A model generated the notes under the pieces. That model was not told the origin of the DNA. It made no database searches and saw only the letters and a list, made by a program, of their open reading frames with translations. 64,000 bases of DNA, taken from Emiliania huxleyi CCMP1516. Its lineage: Eukaryota. The position numbers and the translations under genes were made by a program. Every line of letters starts with the position of its first letter. Position 1 is the stretch's first letter. Positions 11,675 through 24,416 of this stretch are shown here, piece by piece. The stretch spans positions 263,246 through 327,245 of the forward strand of contig NW_005201403.1 of NCBI RefSeq assembly GCF_000372725.1. Direction: 5' to 3'.

Positions 11675-11970
11675 CGATGACGAGTGAACTACAGGTAGTG
11701 GGGAAGGCAGCCTCGATTGCCATACAGACATGGGTGCGAAACAACGACAAGACCAAGGCACGGGCAGAGGAACGAGAGAAGAATATAGGGTGGATAAAGC
11801 GCCTGTTCACGGCATGGAGGGTGAGCCACACCGGACGTACCGAGCGAAGAGCCGAGCGGAAGGAAGCCGGGGAAGATGACTCCGAGGAGGACGAACCAGT
11901 GGAAATCCAGTTGTCAGATGTCACGATGCATCCGAAGGGGACCCCAGCGCCGGCATCATCCGTAGAGGCA
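11675..11970 (+). mobile_element. Internal fragment of family A element
   Basis: Near-identical to 3130-3272 joined to 3458-3528, without the nested insert. Confidence 0.85.
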
Positions 11971-11971
11971 G

Positions 11972-12362
11972 GTGCCACTCCTCTACATGGACGTCAACCT
12001 TGGCCCTGGTACGGCGCTCGTCCCAGCCACCGTTCGCAACAAGGCCAAGCGTCACGCCTCCTTCTACGTCCTCTAGGCAAGACTGGCCGCATTGGCCTTC
12101 ACGAGGACGACGACCCGCGGCAGCTCGCGCGCAGCTTTGCTCGCACGTACCAGCTCGATGCGATGATGCGCGAGCGGCTGCAGCAGCTCATCGAAAGGTA
12201 CGAGTCGGGTTGCGGGGAGACGTTTACCGCGCAGCAAGAGACGCATGGGCTGCTCCCGATGGTAGGTACATGGACGAGGTTGTGCCGGGACTTGCGGCCC
12301 AGTGCAACGCCGCCCCGTCGACGAGCGACATTTCGTCGGAGGCGGTCGCCGAGGCGCCGTGA
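11972..12362 (+). pseudogene. 3' fragment of a spliced protist-type hypothetical gene
   Basis: Exons VPLLYMDVNLGP | GKTGRIGLHEDDDPRQLARSFARTYQLDAMMRERLQQLIER | YMDEVVPG...AP* are joined by GT-AG introns. The 5' end abuts a TE fragment. Confidence 0.55.
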
Positions 12363-12766
12363 GCGTGAGTGCAGGTCGTCGTCACGGTTCGATGGCTGCG
12401 CGTACACGCGACGAGCGGCAGCTAAGAATTGACATTCTGTGTAGGCGAACAGAGGCAACAACTTCGCGTGCCGGCTGCTGCCTGTGGAAATTTGCCAACG
12501 GTGTTACGGAGCTGGAAGCTGGGAATAGCTGCGCGTTTAGCGCAGCGGTCTGGGGCCCCCTTTGAGCCTCTCGTTTAGCGCGGCCGTGGAGGTCTCAAAT
12601 ATGATCCAAAATGGTGTGCGGTGGTCCAAAATGGTGTGCCAATCTTCGTGGAGACATATATAGACAAAAAAGCGACTGTGACTGTTGCGCTGACCGCTGT
12701 GCCGAGACTGGGTGCGGGTGCGGGTCCGCGATCACGGCCGCGCCGCGCACGCTCCGAGCTGCTGCA

Positions 12767-13769
12767 TCACCCATCCTCAGGCTCCACCGCGTCTGTCGGG
12801 CGAAGCAGCTCGAGAGCACGCTCCTCGTCTAGCGAGGGGCTTCCGGGTGCCTCGCCTCCGCTAGCACCGCTCTCTCCCCGCCCGCGAGCCAGCCGGGCGA
12901 CACCAGCAAGCACCTGCAGGCGTCAGGCCCGGAGGTTTTCACGTGCAAGGCGGCGCCCAGGAGAGGCGCGGTCGGCGAACCTTGCTGCCCCACCACACGT
13001 TGAGCGAGTTGAGAGCGAGGTTGGCGGCCATAGTGACAAAGACAACGTGCGGTCGCAACCGAGGGTCGCCGGCGCGGAGGAGGGCGATGGAGTCGCTCCA
13101 CCAAAACACCGACCCCGGCATGCCAAAGCCCCACCTGCGTGGCGGAGGCTTTGTGGGAGAAACGACTCTTCGGGACGTTCTGTGACGAGGCACGCACCGG
13201 ATGATGAGGAAGGCGGCGGCAAAGCCCACGTTAGCGCAGCTGAAGGTGCGTGTGTGGGTTAAGCGACACGCAATAAGCTGCGAGCGGAGGTTGAGCAGAG
13301 GCGTCGAGGCCTCCCAGCAGAGGAAGAAGCAGGCAGCCCGCTGCTGGAAGGGCTGAAGCGCGTGCCAATAAATGAAGAGTCCCGCAGACGCGTGTAACAC
13401 AAATGGCCAGCCCTGACAGGCGGCGGTGCAGAAGAACACGTCCCACACAAAGAAGGCCGCTGCGATGGCACAGGCCAGGCTGGCGCGGTCAGAAGTGCCG
13501 AAGGCCTCGTCGGCAGCCAGCGCATCGCCCGGCCAAAGATACTCTGGCAGCGCGACGAAAACTATCCCCGTCGCGAACAGAGAGCCCACCACGCGCCCGT
13601 GCCAGTCTCTCTGCTCTGACGGCGAGAGAGGCCTGTAGTGCGTGGCAAAAAGGCGCGGTGCAACGAGGATGGACGCCACGTGCAAGCCGCAGAAGAGCAA
13701 CACGAACTTGCCGACGAGGCCGTGTATAGTGGAGTGTATAGTGGAGGAGACTGGTAGAGGTCGCTCCAT
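12767..13769 (-). CDS. TLC (TRAM/LAG1/CLN8) domain membrane protein, spliced
   Basis: Multiple TM segments with the motifs FFVWD, WEASTPLLNLR and LNSLNVWW. The last exon ends at TGA 12767. Confidence 0.85.
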
Positions 13770-14622
13770 GGTCCGGCAAGAGGAAAAGATATCTGGATCT
13801 ATGTGTCTGCGTGTGTGTGCGATGGCGAAGAACTCGTCTCGTCACACGCCAAGGGCTTATGCTCTGTCGAGACGTGAGGCGCATGCGCCCAGGAGGGGAG
13901 GGGGCATGCGAGTTTGTTTGTTTTGTGGCATGCGTAACGACGCTGCTAGAGATGCCTTTCGGGGCCCAGAGATAAAACTTCTGATGCCATGCGTGACCTA
14001 GTAGTGTCCCCAGCTATGGGCGTGTCCACGTTGGAGCCAGGTGTGGTGTGGACGCGAGAATAGCTCCGCCGTTCATGGAGGCAACCGATGCGAGTCGACT
14101 GGTGTGTGTCGTCGCGTGGTTTTTCGTATCAAGAATACTCACTCACTCAATTCTTCTCTCAGCGATCGTCTAGGAATCCTAAGTGGCCGGCAATGCCATC
14201 TCTTCTGTGCCTAACTTGTAGAAAAACCTTGCAAAACTTGTTCTCGATGAGGTGGGGATCCGTGGTGAGCAGATTCCCAGATTCTCCAGATTCCCCCTCG
14301 AACCTAGCATGGTTGTGGCGGTCATCTGTCATCAGCGCCGAGGCCATGGCCGAGGCGGACCACTCGAGCATCGGGAGTGAGAGCGCGCATGGATTAAGCG
14401 AAGGTCTAGTGGCCCAGCACCGCGGCCTCCTTGCCAACGGAGTCTACCAGTAGTCTAAGGCGAGCGCACATAGCCGGAAGAAGGGGCCCGCGTATCTCGT
14501 TACCCTCCAGTTTTTCCGCGGTTTTTGTCGCACACACCACGCCATTTCTGTACAATTTACCTTAGAGAAGAATCACTAAGGTGTTGAAACACCCCGTTCC
14601 GGCTTCTCAATCTAGCTATTCT

Positions 14623-15522
14623 CTATCTCCAGTTTTGCTTCGGCGGCCTTCGCTGTGCTGGGCGCGGGTTCGGAGCCACGCCTGACGCGGCAGAGCCAAA
14701 CACTGCTCCGATCGCTCGACGCGGCAGCTTTCCATCGCGGGCAGGCCGCCTGCGGGCGAGTCCCACTGCGGGAGAGGCTTCTGTGCCCAGCCCTCTGCAC
14801 GCTGGCTTGTTGCCCGCTGCTGGTGTCGGCTGAATTGATCGCCTTTCTGGGTGTTGTGCATCTGCTGGCCGCCGCCGGGTCGCGTCGTGCCGATGAGCCT
14901 CCTCGCGCATGAGATCCCGTACGTCTACCTGCAGAGGATCCATGCGTAGCGCGAGGGGACTCCGACCCTCAATCTTCGCCGTGCTGCGTCCCTGCCGGTC
15001 AAAAGCAAACACCCGCTGTGGCCGCCGCTCGACCGCTCCCTTGGGGCCTGGAGCTGCAGCCTGGCTCGGGTCTCCTGCGCCGCCATCGCCACCCACGGCA
15101 TTGACAGTCCTACTGGCTGCGCCGATACCTTGTTGTTGGACCTTATGACGTACGGTGACTGCGCACGTCATGTCCACCGGTGGCGACTGCGTCGTCCCTG
15201 AGGTGTCTTGCTCAGGTGAGTGTGCATTGTGGTGCTCATGCTGCGGGGCGCCGAGATTGAGCTCTAGCAGCTCTACTACACGCGATAGGTGGCGAGCCAC
15301 GAGGAGAATGAATTGCCGCTCTGGATCCATTGCCACGGGCACGGGGGTAGCCATTTGGCGTGACGAGCAGCCTGGCGGAGCCAACGGAGGAGGACTGTCT
15401 CGTCCTTCGATTGGTCTCTTGGCGCCTGAGTTGAGTGCTCGAAACTTGTGAAGTCGGTAGTCTTCCGTCGTGATCAGGCCCTCCTTGTGCGCGCAGCGCA
15501 GCAAGCGGAGGCGCTCCATCAT
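14623..15522 (-). CDS. Hypothetical ORF with SHOCT-like N-terminal motif
   Basis: MERLRLLRCAHKEGLITTEDYRLHKFRAL resembles the SHOCT pattern; the rest is low complexity. Confidence 0.3.
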   Translation of the reverse strand: MMERLRLLRCAHKEGLITTEDYRLHKFRALNSGAKRPIEGRDSPPPLAPPGCSSRQMATPVPVAMDPERQFILLVARHLSRVVELLELNLGAPQHEHHNAHSPEQDTSGTTQSPPVDMTCAVTVRHKVQQQGIGAASRTVNAVGGDGGAGDPSQAAAPGPKGAVERRPQRVFAFDRQGRSTAKIEGRSPLALRMDPLQVDVRDLMREEAHRHDATRRRPADAQHPERRSIQPTPAAGNKPACRGLGTEASPAVGLARRRPARDGKLPRRAIGAVFGSAASGVAPNPRPAQRRPPKQNWR

Positions 15523-15981
15523 GAGCGGTCGGATGGGTCCACAACTTGGCCGCAACCCGCAAATCGCTCTTTTGGCGGGCGGGCTGCCCGAGATATGGGC
15601 GGCGACAACCACCGACCGGATTGGGGACTCAAACGCTCGGTAACGCAGCGTCGCGCGGCGTTGCTGGATTTGTCACGGCGCTGTTCTTTGTGATTCGCCT
15701 GGACGAGAAGAAGGGCGGCGTGGCCGTGTAGCGTGTTGCACCGCCAGACAGATGACTGACCGTTGCCGTGTCTGGTTGGAGAGAGAGAGAGAGGTCTGGT
15801 GACTTATAACGCGGTCTTCGCACGTTTGCAACTCTACCTGATTCCTGCAAACGGTGCGTCTCTCTACGTGTCGTCCTCACTNNNNNNNNNNNNNNNNNNN
15901 NNNNNNNNNNNNNNNNNNNNNNNNNNNNNNNNNNNNNNNNNNNNNNNNNNNNNNNNNNNNNNNNNNNNNNNNNNNNNNNNN

Positions 15982-16697
15982 TCCGCCCACTCCCGCTCCG
16001 CCTCCGCGTCGACGGCTGCGAGCCGCTCCTCCGCCCTCGCACGCGCCTGGCTCGCAATCGCGCTCAGCGAAGCCTCGAGCGAGCCGCGCACCCGCCGCAG
16101 CCGAAGCCGCGGCACCGCTCCGCCGTACTTTGCGGCGAGCTGGTCGCGGGTGCGCATGTTGAGGGTGATGTCGCCCGCCTCCTCGGCCGCCTCGTCTCCC
16201 CACCGGGCGCCAACCTCCTCCGCGCCCAGCCGCAGCTCGCCCACCACTCGCTTGCCGCCGAGGTAGACTCCGTTGGAGGAGTGGCCGGCGGCGGAGCCAT
16301 CCCGGATCGTGACGCGCAGCGAGGGCGAGACGCTCTCCACACACACGGACAGGTGCACCGACGAGACGCACGGGTGGGGGATGGCGAGCGCCGAGGCCGG
16401 TCCGCGGCCGGCGGTGGCCGCGACGCCGACAAAGAGTGGGACGACGCGCTCGCCAGATGGCCACAGCGCCTGCAGCACCCAGCCCGAGGACTCGGCCTGC
16501 GCGGCCTGCGGCAGGGAGGCAACCTGGCGCGCCGCGGCCGCCGCAAACTCGTCGGCTTTGGCCAGCGCCCCCTCGCAGAGGCGGCGCCGCTTGGCGAGCC
16601 ACGCTTCGAAGTGCCCGAGCGTCTGCCCGACGTCGAGGAGGCCGTCGTCCTGAGTGCTGTCCTCCCTGTCGGGCGGGGTGTTATCGTCCGCCTCCAT
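15982..16697 (-). CDS. FHA-domain protein, copy 1 (runs into N-gap)
   Basis: FHA signature AGRG...VSSVH...SSNGVYL; ATG at 16697. Confidence 0.7.
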
Positions 16698-17435
16698 TCG
16701 CGCTGAGAGGCGAGGAAGGCAGCCAATCTGAGCCAATGGTTGTCGGATCTTGTCGGCGCTTTGAGTCGGGCGGCAAGAATTCTTTCGGGCTAGCCGTGAG
16801 AGACGGTAAGAATGCACGGCCATCAAAGCATGTGCTTGCAGAAAACGAAGGCAGGTACGTGGAGGGGTGGAAGGAGGCGGTGAAGGCGGGAGAGATTCTG
16901 CTCTTCGACGAGGCGCGGGCGGAGGTGATGCGGTATGCTCCTGGCGGGGGGCGCGGTCGAGGGCGCGGGGGTGGGTCGCGCAGTGCCCGCTGGCTGGTGG
17001 GGCAAGCGGCGAGGGGGTCGCCGGGGGGGGGTTGGGATGATGGGGATGATGGTCTTTTCGGCGAGCACTACGGTGCTCGCGGATTCGACTGTCCCCCCGG
17101 TCGTGCCCACCTTTGTTTATGAGGACGACGGCGCCTTCTAAGCCTAAAGGTCCGTCGCCGGCCTGTGCCTCTTTTGGTACCTGTGTTGAACCTGTGTGCT
17201 GTGCGAGAGAGTTGTTTTGTTGAATTCTACAATACAAGCCCCTCGCACAGCAGACTGGCACGGACTAGCACCACAAAAGGCGGTAAGAATTCTTAAAAAA
17301 GCTCTCGAGGTTCTCGAGGTGGATACCCTTTGGCCGCGTTGGGTAGCGAGGGTTGGTGTGACGCGATCCACGCAGGCGTGTTTGCTGGCGGCCGACCGTC
17401 AGTGCACGGAGTTGCCCCTTCTCCGACTGCCCCGG
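15982..17435 (+). repeat. ~1.45-kb direct duplication of 20910-22363
   Basis: Apparently identical sequence and identical ORFs at a 4928-bp offset; both copies start next to an N-gap. Confidence 0.95.
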
Positions 17436-17606
17436 CTATTTCCCGAGTTTCGCGGGAGTGACCCCATGCGTCAAACCCGAGACCTAGCGCGGGTGGGTTG
17501 GAGGGGACTCGCTGCGGGGATAAGGGGGCTGTGTAAGAAGCCGATCCCAGTAGTCCGCCCCGCTCCTCCCCATCGGGCCGCTTGAGCGGCCGCGCCTCGC
17601 AGATTC
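17305..17606 (+). repeat. Dispersed ~300-bp repeat family C
   Basis: Diverged reverse-complement copy at ~28317-28612; truncated copy at 22233-22363. Confidence 0.85.
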
Positions 17607-18099
17607 GTTTTCGCGCCTGGGTCAGGCGCGCGGGGCATCCCCCGGGTCGCTCGACCAGCGATCCGAAGAGTGGCCGCTATGCGAAGGAAAGAGCGGGGCC
17701 CTCGGGGTACGCCTCCGTCCGGCCCCCTCCGAGGGGGGAAGGGAATTGCGGGGTCCCCACGGGCGCCTCTCTTCAGCCCTCCCGAGGGGGGGAGGGGAGC
17801 AAGGGGGTGGGGGGGTCGGGGCAGTGGGGAGGGGTCTCGGTTTCGTGGGTCTAATACTTGCCTTTCGGGGAGGGGCCTCGCGCCAAGCGCTCATCACCGA
17901 AGTGAGAGCTGCCTGACCTCTTCCCCTCCTCCCTCGAGGCAGCGAGTAGGCAGCGAGTAGTGATGGTGGAGGGGCCTCAGGAAAGGCGCGCATGCCTCTC
18001 TCGGCCGGAAGAAATGAAAACTCGTCGCGCGGGAACCTGTAGAAGTCCTCCACCCCTCGCTTGGCGTCTCTCGTTTTATTTCAATCATTTATCGACGCC

Positions 18100-18206
18100 C
18101 GAGGGTGGGCGACGGCTAGCACCACACTCCCCTCCTTAAAATCCCTATTTGGTGGTGGCGTGCCGTCCTCCCATGCCTCCCTTGAAGTGCCTGTTTTCTT
18201 TCTTTT
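18100..18206 (+). mobile_element. 3' terminus of a family A-related element
   Basis: agggtgggcgacggctag (RVGDG*), a similar UTR and a tttctttc tail match 3873-3982. Confidence 0.8.
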
Positions 18207-19417
18207 GGGGAACAGTGATCCACTGTCTCTTTCACAGACCTTGTTATTGACAAGAAAATACGTCCTATGGCGCTTTGCGCTGGTCTATGAGAGGTTCACA
18301 CCTCACCTGGCGAGCCTTGTTCTGTGCTGCCTGGTGACTGTGCATCAACTCCTTTCGCGGAAGATGCGGCTGGGTGCTCTAAGTTGGTTGCCCACTGATC
18401 CAGATCTCCCCTCCCGTCCGTTCACGTCTTGGACTTGGTGGTGTGAACGGCGTCTGATGCCAAGCTCCTCCTCGCCGCCCTCGAACGCCGCCTCTCGCCG
18501 CCTGTGCGTGCGTCGTGCGTGGCGCGGTGTCTGAACACGTAGTCGGTAGTCGTCGCCTCCACGCTGTGGGGTTGTGTGCGGGTTGTGTCTCTGGGAGGGA
18601 GGGAGTGGGGTGCAGGTCTGCTCACCCGCGGCACTGGGCCTTGCGCTTTGAATGCCGTGGGGCTCTCCTGCCCGTGAGCCGTGTCCCGGGCGTGGAGATG
18701 CGAGAGGGTCGCCCCCCCTTGCCCCACAGGTCATGCAACATGGGCCCTGAGTGTTAGCGACACGCGTACACCGGCACACGTTGTCGGCCGATGGCCATCA
18801 TGCGCGGCTCGCCACCATTCCCCACGCGGTCGCTCCCTTGGTGTTATATAGCATAAACACGGTCCGTGCAGGGCTCCTAGGCCATCCCTGGGTCAACAGC
18901 GGACGGACACACAGCCTGACCTATGCCATGGCCGCTAAGCCTATCTTATGCGTGTGAGATCCAGCCGCCCGGTGAGCTCCAACGCAGGCAGATCGCTAGC
19001 TAGGTTTTGACCGACCCTCGCGTCCGGCGCTCACCGACGCGGCCGGGCGGTCCACCCGCCCATGCGCAGCCCACGCGCAGCGCGTGCGCCGGCCCGCAAA
19101 CTCGCCGACAGCCCGCGGCTTCTCCCGCCTTTCCTACGCCCATCTTGGCTTTTTTTTTGCGGCGGGGGTTCCCGACGAACGCCACGTGACCGGCGAGGCG
19201 GTGCCGCGCGTGAAGTGCACGAGTAGCTACGGCTCTGAGCCCCCTTCGCGCCACGGCACGCGCGCCGATCCGCCGCCATAGCCGTAGTTTCAAGTTTGCT
19301 GGCCTGCGACCTGCGTGTCAGCTGTTAGCAGCGCCGACACTCGCGCGGGCACTGCCGCTGTCGAGTGGAGTCTTTTCTGTGAAGTGCAGTCTTCCTCACT
19401 GATCCAGATAGCGCGAG

Positions 19418-20700
19418 TCAGACACCAGACACCGTCGTCATAAGCGTGACATCGTGGGGCGCCTCCCGCGCCCCACTGGCGCGACGTTCCGTGGAAGCCT
19501 CGACATACTTCCCCGACCCCCGACCCTTGCTTCCTTTGCTGCGCGAGGAAGAAGGGGCGCTCACAACACGAAGCGACGAGTGCAGTTCGATCACAATGCC
19601 TTGCGTGCGATTTGCGCGCGCCTCGCCGTTCACGATATCACGCAGCCCGCCTGTTGCGGCTCATGCTCCTCCTCGTCCTCCTCCTTGACGGCCGCCACCA
19701 TGGTCGCCTCTTCGTCCCCTGGCCAGGCGGACGACTCGAAGCCGACGCCACAGTCGGTCCAGCCGCCGCCGCTCGAGCCGAGGCCGGTGGCGGAGCGGAC
19801 GGCGGTCATGCCCCAACCGGCGGCGATGGCACTCGCGCAGAGGTCAGGTTCGTTGAAGACGGGCTTTTTCTTCTCGTCCCCGTCCGCGCCGGGATCAGAG
19901 CGACGGCCAAACGAGTCGTAGAACTTGTGCGAGCGCTCGCTGAGGAGCACCGGCTCGCCTCGCACGTGAAGCGGCGTCTCTTCCACATCCTCTTCGTCAG
20001 ACCAATCGATCGAGTTCGTGTCCTCGTAGCCCCACTCGTACACGTGGCCGTCGCCGTCCATCACGAGCGAGTGGGTCTCGCCCGCCGCAACCACGCGCAC
20101 GGCCACGCCCGAGAGCGCCTCGATCTTGGTGGGCGCGAACTTGTCACTCTCGTCGGCGCCGTGGCCGAGGCAGCCGCCGTAGCCGTGGCCGAACGAGTAC
20201 ACGCCGCCATCGCGGCCGACGAGGAGCGAGTGCTTGTTGCCAGCCGAGGCAAGGTGGATGAGCTCCGGCGTCTCGTCGACGAGCGCCGGAAGGCCGGTGC
20301 TCTCCGCCGGGCGCGGGGGAGGGGCCCCGCCGAGGATGGCGTGACGCGAGCCCCACGCGGCGACGCGGCCGTCGGCGCGCACTGCGAGAGAGTGGTCGGA
20401 GCCCGCAGAGATGTCGACGACGCGAACGCCCGCGAGGGCGCCCAGCTCGAGGCGGGCCGGCTCCGTCATGTGCTTCGGCGGGCTGGACGGCCCGAGCCCG
20501 AGCCGGCCTTCGTGCGCGTTGCCAAAGGCGTAGACGTGACCGTCCTCGCAGAGGAGCAGCGAGTGTAGCTCGCCTGCCGAGACCTTGAGCACCTTTGGCG
20601 AGGCCCACGAGACGCGGCGCGGCACGGGCACGACGAAGACGGGAGGCACCATGCCAAAGGGCCCGTAAGGGTGGCCGCCCCTCTCGGGCTCGTAGTTGTC
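19418..20700 (-). CDS. RCC1-repeat protein (3' exons)
   Basis: Repeats VSAGELHSLLLCEDGHVYAFG, ISAGSDHSLAVRADGRVAAWG, SAGNKHSLLVGRDGGVYSFG and VAAGETHSLVMDGDGHVYEWG. The 3' end is approximate. Confidence 0.9.
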
Positions 20701-20888
20701 CTGGGAGGGGGGGGGGGGGGGGGCTAAGAGGGGGGGGCCTGTAAACGTGTCGACGCTCTCCTGAGGTACGGCAAGCCTGCATCTTGCTNNNNNNNNNNNN
20801 NNNNNNNNNNNNNNNNNNNNNNNNNNNNNNNNNNNNNNNNNNNNNNNNNNNNNNNNNNNNNNNNNNNNNNNNNNNNNNNNNNNNNNNN

Positions 20889-21625
20889 TCCCCCTCCTCC
20901 CGCCTCCGCTCCGCCCACTCCCGCTCCGCCTCCGCGTCGACGGCTGCGAGCCGCTCCTCCGCCCTCGCACGCGCCTGGCTCGCAATCGCGCTCAGCGAAG
21001 CCTCGAGCGAGCCGCGCACCCGCCGCAGCCGAAGCCGCGGCACCGCTCCGCCGTACTTTGCGGCGAGCTGGTCGCGGGTGCGCATGTTGAGGGTGATGTC
21101 GCCCGCCTCCTCGGCCGCCTCGTCTCCCCACCGGGCGCCAACCTCCTCCGCGCCCAGCCGCAGCTCGCCCACCACTCGCTTGCCGCCGAGGTAGACTCCG
21201 TTGGAGGAGTGGCCGGCGGCGGAGCCATCCCGGATCGTGACGCGCAGCGAGGGCGAGACGCTCTCCACACACACGGACAGGTGCACCGACGAGACGCACG
21301 GGTGGGGGATGGCGAGCGCCGAGGCCGGTCCGCGGCCGGCGGTGGCCGCGACGCCGACAAAGAGTGGGACGACGCGCTCGCCAGATGGCCACAGCGCCTG
21401 CAGCACCCAGCCCGAGGACTCGGCCTGCGCGGCCTGCGGCAGGGAGGCAACCTGGCGCGCCGCGGCCGCCGCAAACTCGTCGGCTTTGGCCAGCGCCCCC
21501 TCGCAGAGGCGGCGCCGCTTGGCGAGCCACGCTTCGAAGTGCCCGAGCGTCTGCCCGACGTCGAGGAGGCCGTCGTCCTGAGTGCTGTCCTCCCTGTCGG
21601 GCGGGGTGTTATCGTCCGCCTCCAT
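20889..21625 (-). CDS. FHA-domain protein, copy 2; possibly the 5' part of the RCC1 gene
   Basis: Same FHA motifs as copy 1; same strand as the RCC1 exons and directly upstream of them across a gap. Confidence 0.7.
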
Positions 21626-22545
21626 TCGCGCTGAGAGGCGAGGAAGGCAGCCAATCTGAGCCAATGGTTGTCGGATCTTGTCGGCGCTTTGAGTCGGGCG
21701 GCAAGAATTCTTTCGGGCTAGCCGTGAGAGACGGTAAGAATGCACGGCCATCAAAGCATGTGCTTGCAGAAAACGAAGGCAGGTACGTGGAGGGGTGGAA
21801 GGAGGCGGTGAAGGCGGGAGAGATTCTGCTCTTCGACGAGGCGCGGGCGGAGGTGATGCGGTATGCTCCTGGCGGGGGGCGCGGTCGAGGGCGCGGGGGT
21901 GGGTCGCGCAGTGCCCGCTGGCTGGTGGGGCAAGCGGCGAGGGGGTCGCCGGGGGGGGGTTGGGATGATGGGGATGATGGTCTTTTCGGCGAGCACTACG
22001 GTGCTCGCGGATTCGACTGTCCCCCCGGTCGTGCCCACCTTTGTTTATGAGGACGACGGCGCCTTCTAAGCCTAAAGGTCCGTCGCCGGCCTGTGCCTCT
22101 TTTGGTACCTGTGTTGAACCTGTGTGCTGTGCGAGAGAGTTGTTTTGTTGAATTCTACAATACAAGCCCCTCGCACAGCAGACTGGCACGGACTAGCACC
22201 ACAAAAGGCGGTAAGAATTCTTAAAAAAGCTCTCGAGGTTCTCGAGGTGGATACCCTTTGGCCGCGTTGGGTAGCGAGGGTTGGTGTGACGCGATCCACG
22301 CAGGCGTGTTTGCTGGCGGCCGACCGTCAGTGCACGGAGTTGCCCCTTCTCCGACTGCCCCGGTCGCGTCGGTCGTCGTCGTCGCGTCGGTCGTCGTCGG
22401 TCGTCGGTTGGCGTCTCTCACCATCGTTTTTGTTTCGTCTTTCTGTGAATGGCGTCTGACAGCCGATTAAGAATTGCGCGCGGTAATTAAATTCTTTTTC
22501 CTGCGGCAAAATTCTTTTTCCTCAGCTCCAACTCGTTTCCCTGCC

Positions 22546-24127
22546 ATGCCGACTGCGAGCCAGCAGCCGCTCCACATCGTGTACGCCCTTGTTGTGGTGT
22601 ACGCCCTCTGCTACCAGCTCCAGTCGCCGATCGAGCCGTTCCTGGTCGCTCAGCTGTCCGAGGCCAACGCCGACGCCGCTGCCGAGTACGCGAGCCTTCG
22701 CACCTTCTTCAACTGTGTGCAGACCGTCGGCTCGTTTCTGGTCGGCTACAGCGCCGACGTGATTGGGCTGCGCGCCTTGTTTGCCCTCAACTTTGTCGCG
22801 TGCGCTGCGTCCTACGGGCTGCTCTGGCAGGCGAGCAGCATGGCCGGGCTCTACGCGTCCAAGGTGCCCACGCTCTTCATGGCGGGCTTCCTGTGCGCAC
22901 AGACCGCCGCCGCCAAGCTGACGCCGGCCGGGCCGGCACGAGCGGGCGCGCTTGGCCGCCTGACCACCGCCTACACTCTCGGCGGCGTGGTCGGGCCCGC
23001 GGTGGGTGGCAGGATCGGCAACGAGGTGGCCGCGCCGCTTGCGGTGGCGGGCTCGCTGCTGGCGGCGTTGCTAGTGCTCCTGCTGCCCGCCGCCGTCGAC
23101 AAGGAGGAGGCGGAGGAGGCGGGCGACGGCGCGGGCAGCGACCAGGGAAAGAAGGACGCGCCTCCTGCGGGCTCTTGGTTCTCGCGCATGGGGCAGATCC
23201 TGCCTGCTGTGTGGCCGCTGCTGCTGACCAAGCTCGCCAGCGGCGTCGCCAATTCGGCGGTCGGCGCCGCGCGGCCAATCGTGCTCAAGGAGCTCTTCTC
23301 GTTCGACCAGGCCGGGCTCGGTGCCGAGGGAGCCGAGACGAGCCGAGACGAGCCGAGAGTAGCCGAGAGTAGCCGAGAGTAGCCGAGAGTAGCCGAGACG
23401 AGCCGAGACGAGCCGAGACGAGCCGAGACGAGCCGAGAGTAGCCGAGAGGAGCCGAGAGGAGCCGAGAGGAGCTGAGACGACTCGAGAGGAGTCGAGAGG
23501 AGCCGAGACGAGCCGAGACGAGCCGAGAGGAGCCGAGCCGAGCCGAGACTAGCGGAGACTAGCGGAGCTCGATGCCCGCCCGCAGCAAGAGACACCCGTC
23601 CGCCTCTGAGGCGAGAATGCCGACTCCCGCCCCCGCGGACAGGAGCCGTCATGTCGGCAGCCTTCTTCGGGAACGCCCTCGTCGGCCTCGCCCTCGGACA
23701 CCTCTCCTCTGCCCTCGGAGGCGCACGCCGCACTGTCGGCTGCTGCCTCGCCGCTATGGTCGCCGGCTACGCCGCCCTCGCCGCTGCATACGCGCCAGAT
23801 GCCTCTGCGCCGCAGCTGGGCGCCCTCCCTTTCCTTGGCCTCTCGCTCGCGCTCTCACTGGCGCAGTTCCCGCTCGCAACCACCCTCACCGCCCTCTCGA
23901 CCGCCGCCGTCCCTCCCCGCCTCAAGGGCACACTGGTCGGCGCAGAACACGCCGCATTTGCCCTCGCCGGCATGGTGTCGCCTGCGGCCGGCGTCGGCCT
24001 CTTCCGCGCCGCCGGCTTGCGAGGGGTCGCCTCCGGCGCCGCCCTCGTGTACGCCTCGCTCGTCGCCTTCTGGCTCGGCTCGGCCCGCGCGGCAGCGGCC
24101 GCAGCGGAGAAGAGGAAGGACGAGTGA
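22546..24127 (+). CDS. Major facilitator superfamily transporter (2 exons)
   Basis: MFS-type TM pattern with motif-A-like GYSADVIGLR and GHLSSALGGAR. Intron at ~23321-23643. Confidence 0.85.
23331..23560 (+). repeat. Intronic 10-bp tandem repeat (AGCCGAGACG/AGCCGAGAGT)
   Basis: About 22 units visible directly. Confidence 0.95.
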
Positions 24128-24416
24128 ACCACGCTCTCGCTGGCTGGCGCGCGCGGTGTTACAAGTTTTCGTTATTCGGAAGATTCACTCGGAAGATTAA
24201 CGAGCATATTGGCGTGTTAATATCCGCACGCTAGCGCGTGCGGTGCAGGACGCACACACACAGGCACACCAGGGCTCTCAAATCCTCACCCCTGAACGCC
24301 GCGTGTGCTGCTGTGCTCACGCCGTCTCGCGCCGATTTCCGGCCGGGCGGTGCTGTCCCTCCCTCGCTCCCTCTCCCGCCGCCCCTCTCCCTCTCTCTGC
24401 CTCTCCACCGCCCTTC

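Noticed and set aside
17305..17606. Possible structured RNA or ribozyme in repeat family C
   Set aside because: I could not identify a hammerhead core, tRNA fold or other known RNA motif by eye.
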